Origin: Candidatus Magasanikiibacteriota bacterium
GTDB taxonomy: Bacteria; Patescibacteriota; Patescibacteriia; Magasanikbacterales; GWA2-37-8
Direction: 5' to 3'
Length of the DNA stretch: 64,000 nucleotides
Assembly (NCBI GenBank): GCA_963802255.1
Contig: CAWDHY010000001.1
Location: 491,842 to 555,841, forward strand
In this document: one piece after another, positions 22,793 to 30,455 of the stretch
Numbering within the stretch: position 1 is the first letter of the stretch
How the letters are laid out: every line of letters begins with the position of its first letter
Position numbers and translations under genes: made by a program
The notes under the pieces: generated by a model
What the model was told of the DNA's origin: nothing
Databases searched by the model: none
The model's input: only the letters and a program-made list of their open reading frames with translations

Positions 22793-23830
22793 ATGAGTCA
22801 AACAGAAAATACATCTCAACCTCAAGAATATCAACTTCAAAGCGACCCGGAAGGAAATTGGCTGATTAAAATTGATAATAATTTATCCGCCGGAGCACAT
22901 GTTGTTTCTGTTGAAGATGAAAATGGAAACACCGACCAGGCGATGATGTATGTGGTAAAAGAAGCCGGCACAGTGCAAAAAGAAGTATCGGTAATAGATA
23001 GAGTTACGGAAACTGTTCCCGGATTTTTTTGGTGGATATTGTGGCTCTTGGTTCTTGCTATCGCTCTATTATCCGCATATCTTTTGCGCGTTTCCAGGAA
23101 GGCGGACAATTTGGAAAATATCATGCCTCAGGAAACGAAACACAATTATGCGATAAAAGCGCTTATTCTCACGATTTTGGCCTTTATCTGTGTCCTGATT
23201 ACGGGCATATACATCAACCGTCAGACAAATTTCCTTTCTCGTTTTATGTCAAAAAATCAGGAACCGGTGGTGATTAATGAATTATCAGGTCAGATAGTCG
23301 CTCCATTTACCGGCATCGGTGTCGGCGGGGTTGATGTATCAAGCGGAGAAACATCCATAAGGACTTCCGGCTCGGGCTCGTTTATCTTCAGCAATGTCGC
23401 TCAGGAAACAGGCGTTAAAATTACATATTCTTCATTATTGCGTCCGATTGTCTTTATCCCTTCGGTCGGTCAGGATAAACAGCATTTGAATATATATTTT
23501 GACGCTGAGATGTATAACATCCTCTTTAGAGTGATGGACGCCGAGGCGCGCGGACAGATTAGAGATGTTTATACCAAATATGCTTCAAAACAAATCAAGG
23601 AATTAAATAACGAAAATCTTTTCACCACAAACTACAATACCGCTCTGACACCGGAAAATGTTAACGATCAGGAGCTTGTGGTTGTGAAGAATGAAATTGT
23701 GGATAACTACTCGGTGGATAGGTATGATATTGATTTTTCTAAGGTTGTACTGATAACTGTAAATATTCACGGTAAAAACGAGGTCTACGCGCTCGCGCTT
23801 GAGGACAATGAATGGAAGCTGGTGAAATAA
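22793..23830 (+). CDS. Membrane protein with partial Ig-like domain, two TM helices and a carboxypeptidase-regulatory-like domain (possibly the C-terminal part of 20290..22791)
   Basis: SDPEGNW...LSAGAHVVSVEDENGN Ig half-domain, two hydrophobic helices; starts 1 nt after the upstream stop. Confidence 0.7.
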   Translation: MSQTENTSQPQEYQLQSDPEGNWLIKIDNNLSAGAHVVSVEDENGNTDQAMMYVVKEAGTVQKEVSVIDRVTETVPGFFWWILWLLVLAIALLSAYLLRVSRKADNLENIMPQETKHNYAIKALILTILAFICVLITGIYINRQTNFLSRFMSKNQEPVVINELSGQIVAPFTGIGVGGVDVSSGETSIRTSGSGSFIFSNVAQETGVKITYSSLLRPIVFIPSVGQDKQHLNIYFDAEMYNILFRVMDAEARGQIRDVYTKYASKQIKELNNENLFTTNYNTALTPENVNDQELVVVKNEIVDNYSVDRYDIDFSKVVLITVNIHGKNEVYALALEDNEWKLVK

Positions 23831-23844
23831 TAAAAAATCAAAAT

Positions 23845-23873
23845 AAAAAACGGCCACATGTGGCCGTTTTTTT
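23845..23873. terminator. Bidirectional intrinsic terminator
   Basis: aaaaaacggccac-at-gtggccgttttttt between convergent genes. Confidence 0.75.
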
Positions 23874-23890
23874 AATAATATAAAAATTTA

Positions 23891-24550
23891 TTACCTATCA
23901 CCTTCTACATCAAGATTCTTCATGAGCAAACTCAAATCAACTGAATTAACAACAGTATCCTGATTCAAATTTTCTCTAACATCATTACCAGTCGCGTCAT
24001 CTTGATCTAGGTGACGCAATAAGAGGGATAAATCTACTGAATTAACCACATCATCGCCTAAAGTAGTGGTAGAATTGCCTATATCATTAATATCGCCGGC
24101 TAACAGGCGTATGGGACCAAATGATGATGAATTATCCGCCTGGGTAAAATTTAGTGTGTTTGTCGCGTTATCAACCAGCGTTATATCATTTAATTTTCGT
24201 GATAAATGCTGCCAGCCCTTAATACAGACATCGTATGTACCGGATGCGACATTAAAAGGAATTAATGTCAGATATTCACCGGCAACCGTGGTTGTGGCCA
24301 GCTCATCCATTGAATCAAGTATCACATCATCCCCGTCCGTAGCAGTACGGACTGTAATATAAAAATTTGTTTCCCAATTAGTGCTGGACGCACCGGATCG
24401 CCCTTCCGGAATTGCCCATTGGACTACTGCCGAAGTGGAACTGTCTACATAAAGATAAACATCATATTCAGCGGCAATAACATTAGCCGTTCCGGCTATA
24501 AGGAGCAGTGTTAAAGCGATAATAAGTGATTTATTGCTTCCGATTCCCAT
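23891..24550 (-). CDS. Secreted dockerin-domain protein
   Basis: Signal peptide; C-terminal duplicated Ca-binding motif GDIN...DDVVNSVDLSLLLRHL / NLNQDTVVNSVDLSLLMKNL. Confidence 0.8.
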   Translation of the reverse strand: MGIGSNKSLIIALTLLLIAGTANVIAAEYDVYLYVDSSTSAVVQWAIPEGRSGASSTNWETNFYITVRTATDGDDVILDSMDELATTTVAGEYLTLIPFNVASGTYDVCIKGWQHLSRKLNDITLVDNATNTLNFTQADNSSSFGPIRLLAGDINDIGNSTTTLGDDVVNSVDLSLLLRHLDQDDATGNDVRENLNQDTVVNSVDLSLLMKNLDVEGDR

Positions 24551-24551
24551 A

Positions 24552-25328
24552 TTAGTTGACGTAAGCAGTGATGATAAAATGACCATGATAAACACCTGAC
24601 GGTTGATTATAGTCAGGATTTACTTCGGCTTTCAAATTAATCGTAGTAGTAACAAAACTTACATTAGCGGCACTGGATCGGCTTAATGTTAAAGCTGAAG
24701 TGGTAAATTTATCCCAGCATTTTCCGGGTGTATCAACACCACCCGAATAATTACAGGTGTCAGAACCATTATCCAGGAAACGTTGGATTATATCATCTCC
24801 TTCGGGGGAAAAACCAAAACCAGCGCTAGTCGTGGTGAAGGCCCAGTCAAAGTCCGGGTCCGAGCCAACGGAGGAATAATCCGGAAAAGTAGTAGATGCA
24901 TCAATCTGGAGAGAGGGCGAAGTTGATGCAGTAATTTGTAATGAATAGCCGGTTGTGTTATCTGTTAAAACAGCTAAATTTACAGAGCCCGTAGCAGTAC
25001 CACCTGTCATCCCGGGAATATTCATTAAAATTGTTGAAGTTGTATCAATAGAAAGTGTGATTTGTGCCTCCTGATCCATTTGCTGATAACCGGCACTTAA
25101 ACTGAATATATCGCTGTATGACCAACCGGTTGCTATTTCTCCCAGAGTATCCTCTTCAATAAAACTATCGCTTGTTCCTAATCCACCGCCAAAATTAACA
25201 GAGTCCCTTTCAATTTTCCAGCTATCACTCTCCATTACAGACCCAAAAACCGGCGTTACAAAAACGCCGGTTAGAAGTATCATTGCTACAACAAAACAAA
25301 TTTTTATAGGTCTATTATACCGCATCAT
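24552..25328 (-). CDS. Secreted WxL-like/fimbrial-type surface protein
   Basis: Signal peptide; GMTGGTATG..V.TDNTTGYSL...QPSGVYHGHFIITA, paralogous to 26465..27079. Confidence 0.65.
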   Translation of the reverse strand: MMRYNRPIKICFVVAMILLTGVFVTPVFGSVMESDSWKIERDSVNFGGGLGTSDSFIEEDTLGEIATGWSYSDIFSLSAGYQQMDQEAQITLSIDTTSTILMNIPGMTGGTATGSVNLAVLTDNTTGYSLQITASTSPSLQIDASTTFPDYSSVGSDPDFDWAFTTTSAGFGFSPEGDDIIQRFLDNGSDTCNYSGGVDTPGKCWDKFTTSALTLSRSSAANVSFVTTTINLKAEVNPDYNQPSGVYHGHFIITAYVN

Positions 25329-25332
25329 AACA

Positions 25333-26383
25333 CTATGATTGCGGCGGCGTATCATTAGTTGATGTATTATTCTTTTTTTTGCCGCCTTTATATTCAAAGT
25401 TTTTCTTAAACCATTTTCTGATACCTCTGATAATTACTAACAATAGGAATAATCCGCCAAGAATTATGGCAATTACTTTCCAAGGTAGCACCCAAAAGGC
25501 AACAGTTTTTGTATCAATTTGGTTTCCATATCCGCGATTTAAAGATATTTTGGCTTTATATCGCCCTATTGTTAATTCCCGGTCCCATGTTTTTGTCTCT
25601 GACTCTTTCAGAGTTAGGCATTACATAATATGGGTCAATTGAAATCTGTTCAACCATCATGCCATAGAGATTTGTTATTTCAACAACTCCATAAGGGGTA
25701 TTATATACATTTCCACTATTTTCGTATGACCAATTAAAATTAACCGGAGCACTCCTATACCACCTATTATCGGACTTAAAAGATTTTAAGACACCTTCTT
25801 CTTTTACATCGCCCGGAATGCGGATAAAAAATAAGTTAGCAATACGGGTTTCATAACTGACGCCACCCCTTACTTCTTCTTCCTTAAGGCGTTCTTCTTC
25901 AAGCGGGTCCATTGACTCATAGGAAAACATTATAGCGCCATAAAGACCGCCCGGCTGGGCATCCATCGGAATAGAAATAACGACCGGTATATTTGCTCTA
26001 TCGCCTGGTTGAAGTACGATTTCATAAGTATCTAAAGTGATATAATCCTTTAATGAATACGGACCTTTTTCATCGCCTAAAAATTTAATAAGCTCACCCA
26101 GTTTATCAGGTGATGTAAAATCTTCAACCTTGAGAATAAACCTCATTTGTTGTTGAAAACGATTAGTAATCGTAACATTCTTAACTGATGTTTCGCCTGG
26201 TTTAATTACCATCTCGGTTTTTCCCGGACTCACCACAAAATCATCTTTAATGGGAGTATCCTTAATCTGATCTATTGTGTAAATTCGTTCAATCGTCGTA
26301 GCTTTCGCTACCGGAATTATTGAAGGAAGCGCAAACACACATACAGTGATAAATAATCCTAATATTCTTTTACTCTTACTCAT
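25333..26383 (-). pseudogene. WxL-interacting (DUF916/DUF3324-like) membrane-anchored protein, frameshifted near 25590-25594
   Basis: Track ORF 25556..26383 stops early. Removing one A from the A5 run gives ...RDKTWDRELTIGRYKAKISLNRGYG...FWVLPWKVIAIILGGLFLLLVII..., with a TM anchor and stop at 25333. May be a sequencing error. Confidence 0.7.
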
Positions 26384-26464
26384 ATTGATTGAATATTATA
26401 TAAATAATTTATTTAATTACCCAGATGCCCCAATTTTGGGGCATCCGGATAGTAAATAAATATA

Positions 26465-27079
26465 CTATTTCATTGCTGCTGTTAATGTGACATGAGCCGT
26501 ATAAGGCCCGGATGGTTGGTCGCCATCAGCAGCCACTACAGCTTGGTAATACATGGTCGTTGACGTCCCTCCCCCTGGGCCAGGAATAGTAGCGTTATGA
26601 TCTGATCCCTCGTTAACCAAAGCATCAGATGTTGTTAACGGGAAATAGTAAGAACTATTGGTAGTGGCACCAAAGCAAGCACCTGACGCACAAGCCCATG
26701 CTCCCGCACTGATATTCGCGAAAGAATGCCCTGCCGCGATACCAGTTCCTTGCATTGCAGTATCATTTCCTGCTTTTGCGTTTAATGTCCAACCAGTACT
26801 ATTGTTTGTATATACGGTACAAGCTCTATTGCCTGTAGCTGTTCCGCCGGTCATACCTAAGATGTTCGGCGTCATATAAAGGGTTGATGTTGTGCAATCC
26901 AAAGCAATTTCACCATCAACACCTAACGTTACATCATATTCGCAACTTGGTGGATAACCAACGGATGACGTTGAATACGGTCCGTAGTCATAAGCTTTAG
27001 ATGTCGCACCCTCAAGTAACATAAATCCATTGAATGCAACAATCGCAAATCCTACAACGATTCCTAAAATTTTCTTCAT
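26465..27079 (-). CDS. Secreted WxL-like surface protein
   Basis: Signal peptide; VYTNNSTGWTL (WxL motif) and terminal GPYTAHVTLTA strand. Confidence 0.68.
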   Translation of the reverse strand: MKKILGIVVGFAIVAFNGFMLLEGATSKAYDYGPYSTSSVGYPPSCEYDVTLGVDGEIALDCTTSTLYMTPNILGMTGGTATGNRACTVYTNNSTGWTLNAKAGNDTAMQGTGIAAGHSFANISAGAWACASGACFGATTNSSYYFPLTTSDALVNEGSDHNATIPGPGGGTSTTMYYQAVVAADGDQPSGPYTAHVTLTAAMK

Positions 27080-27350
27080 ATATAATTTATAATTTATTCG
27101 TTAAGCTGGCGTTAATTAACTGTCGACGGTTTAACTATGCCAGCACTTATTTTTTGGCCTCGACCTTTATATGTGACCATATTTTATATGCTTATATTAT
27201 AGCATTTTTTGACGTTTTATATAAGATTTTATCAAGAGCCTACATGTGGATAACTAAACATAATATTTATTCAAAAATAACTCCCCCTTGATTTAATAAA
27301 ACAAATGTGTTATTATAATATCCAGTTAAAAAATTCAAGCAAAACTCATT

Positions 27351-27464
27351 ATGAATAGCGCGCTTAAATCCCGCATAAAACATGCCCGAAAAAACACAAA
27401 AATGGGTAAAAAACTGCGGTCACAAACCAAAAAATTGAGAGAAAAACGCAAAGTCAACTATTAA
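27351..27464 (+). CDS. 37-aa highly basic small protein (not in ORF track)
   Basis: MNSALKSRIKHARKNTKMGKKLRSQTKKLREKRKVNY*; upstream TTGATT-17-TATTAT promoter and downstream terminator. Confidence 0.6.
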   Translation: MNSALKSRIKHARKNTKMGKKLRSQTKKLREKRKVNY

Positions 27465-27493
27465 AAAATACCCTGTAAATACAGGGTATTTTT
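27465..27493. terminator. Bidirectional intrinsic terminator
   Basis: aaaataccctgta-aa-tacagggtatttt. Confidence 0.75.
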
Positions 27494-27505
27494 ATTATTT
27501 TTGCC

Positions 27506-28033
27506 TTATTCAACCTCAATTTTTGCCGTATTTATCCCGTCGCACATAATATAATTGGTACCCGCCGTTTTTGCTGTGGCGATTACGAAACCATAGGCGC
27601 CGATATGATATGACGCTGTACCGACTTTTATGGTATGGGCTTTTCCATCCCGGTTGTCCAACATAAACGAACTTCCCTTTTTAATTATCATTGTCCCTGG
27701 AGTTGCTCGTCCGTTAATAAATTGAAAACGGTATCCTGAAGCGCTGTAAATCTTTAATGCGTTTGTGTATGAGAGCGTAGCTGCTCCCGGCGCCTTTACA
27801 GCGGGTTGGGTAGTCGTTTTGGTGGTCTTTGTCGTTGTCGCAACTGTCGAGGTTGTTGATGTCGCCATGTCTTCTGTTGTGGAAGTTGTGTCTGATGTTT
27901 CTTCCCCCATTTGCTCAGTCTGTGTGTTATCATTTGATGCGGGCGCGTTTTTTCTTGATGTGAAGGCAAATACACCTAGTACTAACACTGCCACAGCTAT
28001 AGCAACAATCGCAATGATTTTATTTTTTTCCAT
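27506..28033 (-). CDS. Membrane-anchored protein with Thr-rich linker and degenerate cupredoxin-like domain
   Basis: N-terminal TM helix; PGTMIIKKGS..LDNRDGKAHTI..AGTNYIMCD pattern. Confidence 0.6.
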   Translation of the reverse strand: MEKNKIIAIVAIAVAVLVLGVFAFTSRKNAPASNDNTQTEQMGEETSDTTSTTEDMATSTTSTVATTTKTTKTTTQPAVKAPGAATLSYTNALKIYSASGYRFQFINGRATPGTMIIKKGSSFMLDNRDGKAHTIKVGTASYHIGAYGFVIATAKTAGTNYIMCDGINTAKIEVE

Positions 28034-28046
28034 AATTATAGGCTAT

Positions 28047-29417
28047 TTAAAGTGATACTTGAATTTCGTTTGAATATACCCCGCATTTACCTCCGAGATA
28101 TTCACAAACTCTTACATAGTATAGCCCATCACCATCAAAAGCGTCAATTGTGGCAGAGGTTGCGTTCGGGTCAGTCAAGTACTGATATTTATCACCATCA
28201 CGGCAGGGATATGTCGGGTGGGTATTTTTAGAATAGACCACTTTAAAGCCCTGGTCTGAATATCCACTCACCCGCCATAATACTTGACCACTGCCCAGAG
28301 ATGAAACGCTGATTGAGCTTACCGCGTCACTTTTTTCTGTGACTGCCTCTTTTTCCGCAGTAGGCGCTGTAACTTTGATATTATTGCTATATACGCCACA
28401 TTTACCGCCTAAATACTGGCATACGCGGAAATAATAGGTTTTACCATCGGTTATAGCCCATTTGTACGATCTGACACCGCTTTCGGACAGATAAATATAG
28501 TCATTACCCGGATAAACTGGATTTATTGAGGTGCTTTTAACGAGTTTAAAGCCATTCGGTGAACTGACATTTTTTACCGACCAGCTCAAACTTACCCCAC
28601 CGGCAACCGCTTTGGCTGATAATGTGATACCACTCGCCACTGTTTCAACCGGTTTTTCAGTGGATACAGGTTTTTCTTCTTCTGCTATTTTTTCTGTGGA
28701 TGTTTCAGCAGTGTCTTCTGTAGCTGAAATTTCTTCTGTCATTTTTGCGTCTTCAGCTTCGTTCCATTTAACAAACGCATCCTTGTCAGCAGTGGCAATC
28801 TTTACAAATACTTTTTCAGCCTTCTTGTTATCGGAGTTAAGCACATAATATTTATTGCCCTGTTCAACAAGTATTTCTCCCTCCCCTACTCCGATAATTT
28901 TTACTTTGTTTTCATAAACTTCAACGCCTTTAATTTTTTCCTCGTTGATTGTCTTGTAAGCAGTGCCAACCGACTGATAGGTAGCGCCTGCAGACGCCAC
29001 TTCAAAAATACGTTCTGATTTAACAACGCGGGTATATGCCTGGCCTTTATTATTTGTAATCACAAAATGATCCGGGTCCAAACTGGTGAGCGTGACGGAC
29101 GAGTTGCTATTCAAGCGGATAGCACTGCCGTCGTCCAGATTGATAATTGCCTTGCCCGCCCCGATTATTTCCACTGAATCGCCTTCTTTTAGACTGGTAT
29201 CAGCGCTTGCGCGAGTCCACGCTCCATCGCCAGACTTGTATTCTACCGAGCCTTCAACAAATATGATTTGTGCGCCTACGGTTGTCGCCATCTGGTTTTC
29301 AGTCGGTGCCTGCACTTTTTCCGGCCTGGTATAGTAATAAAATACGCCCAGAACAGCCGCCAGAAATACAAAAAATATTATCCGGCCGGTTGTCCCGTTT
29401 GTTTGTGTTTTGTCCAT
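28047..29417 (-). CDS. Membrane-anchored FecR-domain protein with two C-terminal FN3-like repeats
   Basis: EGSVE...LKEGDSV...LDDGSAIRLNSNS FecR pattern; repeat YYxRVCxYLGGKCGVYSN occurs twice. Confidence 0.78.
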   Translation of the reverse strand: MDKTQTNGTTGRIIFFVFLAAVLGVFYYYTRPEKVQAPTENQMATTVGAQIIFVEGSVEYKSGDGAWTRASADTSLKEGDSVEIIGAGKAIINLDDGSAIRLNSNSSVTLTSLDPDHFVITNNKGQAYTRVVKSERIFEVASAGATYQSVGTAYKTINEEKIKGVEVYENKVKIIGVGEGEILVEQGNKYYVLNSDNKKAEKVFVKIATADKDAFVKWNEAEDAKMTEEISATEDTAETSTEKIAEEEKPVSTEKPVETVASGITLSAKAVAGGVSLSWSVKNVSSPNGFKLVKSTSINPVYPGNDYIYLSESGVRSYKWAITDGKTYYFRVCQYLGGKCGVYSNNIKVTAPTAEKEAVTEKSDAVSSISVSSLGSGQVLWRVSGYSDQGFKVVYSKNTHPTYPCRDGDKYQYLTDPNATSATIDAFDGDGLYYVRVCEYLGGKCGVYSNEIQVSL

Positions 29418-29485
29418 ACGGGTTAAATTAATAAATTATTCACTATTTTAGGATATCATAAATTTTAGCGATGTCCAAGCATATC

Positions 29486-29514
29486 TTGACTGCCGGGAGA
29501 TTTTGTACTATGAT
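29486..29514 (+). promoter_or_regulatory. Sigma70-type promoter of tRNA-Asn
   Basis: TTGACT-17 bp-TATGAT. Confidence 0.7.
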
Positions 29515-29572
29515 ATTTACGATTCTTTCACAATTTATTCCGGGGTAGCGCAGCGGTAGCGCAGTTGACTGT

Positions 29573-30176
29573 GGGCACGTTCTCGCCCCATAATAATTTT
29601 TTTATGGGAAGGGAAAAAAGGAGATATGCTGATCGTGCCGCCTATATGATAAAAGCGGTTGATAAAAGACGGAAACTAATCCGAAAAATGTCAGTCGAAT
29701 ATATGGGTGGTCGCTGTGCAATTTGTGGCTATAATAAATGTAATTATGCGCTTGAATTCCATCATAAGAATTCTGACGCGAAAGATTTCGGCATTTCAGC
29801 TAAAGGATATACCAGGAGCTGGGAGAAAGTTAAAGCCGAGCTTGATAAGTGCGTTTTATTGTGCGCAAATTGCCACAGAGAAATACACGAAGGCATGACG
29901 CAGCTTCCTTGAGTAATCAAGGTCGTAAACGAGGTGAATTGTCCCGATAAGCAATCGGGATCTCGCAAATATATAATTTTAGTGAAGCGGGACTGGGAGC
30001 CTAAACTGTGAAAACAGTATGGTAATCAGCAGCCGAGCCCGCAAAGGCGGGAAGGTTCAGAGACTATCCTTTTACAGGAGTACATCAATTTTTTTGATGG
30101 AAGCGCCTCGCTCCTTCGATTTATATGCGAAGGATGATGATATAGTCCACCCTATTTGGAAACAGATAGACAAGTG
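29573..30176 (+). ncRNA. Group I self-splicing intron (604 nt) in the tRNA-Asn anticodon
   Basis: Exon ends in U and intron ends in G. P2 CCTTGA-GTAA-TCAAGG; P3 CGAGGTG(29930)/CGCCTCG(30104); Q AATCAGCAG; R GTTCAGAGACTA; S GATATAGTCC; P7 GACTA/TAGTC; P9 CTATTTG-GAAA-CAGATAG. Confidence 0.92.
29604..29912 (+). CDS. Intron-encoded HNH endonuclease (putative homing endonuclease), 102 aa
   Basis: CAICGY...LEFHH...CVLLCANCHREIH zinc-binding HNH motif; lies inside the intron; ATG at 29604. Confidence 0.88.
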   Translation: MGREKRRYADRAAYMIKAVDKRRKLIRKMSVEYMGGRCAICGYNKCNYALEFHHKNSDAKDFGISAKGYTRSWEKVKAELDKCVLLCANCHREIHEGMTQLP

Positions 30177-30254
30177 TAATCAATTGGTCGTGGGTTCGAA
30201 TCCCACCCCCGGAGCGAAAGAGAAAAAATCCCGATAGGGATTTTTTTATTGAAC

Positions 30255-30407
30255 GACGGGGAGCAACCAAATAGTTTTGGTTGCGTGTGGGGTGAGAACG
30301 CCGGAGCGATGTTTGGCGAGCTTGCTGGCGAGACAAACCGCGAGGCGGTGGCCAGACAAAATTTTCGGAAGAAAATTTTAGTCGAAGCCGAATCCCACCC
30401 CCGGTGC
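30255..30407 (+). repeat. tRNA-linked structured element, copy 1 (tRNA-Asn)
   Basis: Core shared with 41808-41982 and 56555-56710. Ends in CGAATCCCACCCCCGG (30389-30404), identical to tRNA 30197-30212. Confidence 0.88.
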
Positions 30408-30409
30408 AA

Positions 30410-30446
30410 AATTAAAACAAGGCCTGAACGGCCTTGTTTTAATTTG
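30410..30446. terminator. Bidirectional intrinsic terminator
   Basis: aattaaaacaaggcc-tgaac-ggccttgttttaatt. Confidence 0.75.
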
Positions 30447-30455
30447 ATAATTAAT

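Larger units (their letters stand above)
29539..30214 (+). tRNA. tRNA-Asn(GTT), intron-containing (exons 29539-29572 and 30177-30214)
   Basis: Joined exons give a 72-nt cloverleaf: TCCGGGG TA GCGC AGCGGTA GCGC A GTTGA CT GT|T AA TCAAT TGGTC GTGGG TTCGAAT CCCAC CCCCGGA G. Confidence 0.93.

Noticed and set aside
29565-29603. TTG start at 29565 for the HNH ORF
   Set aside because: It lies within the tRNA 5' exon; ATG at 29604 after an AT-rich leader is more plausible.
30197-30404. Classical prophage or genomic island attL/attR
   Set aside because: The repeats are only about 190 bp apart, there is no integrase or cargo between them, and the same core recurs at unrelated tRNAs.
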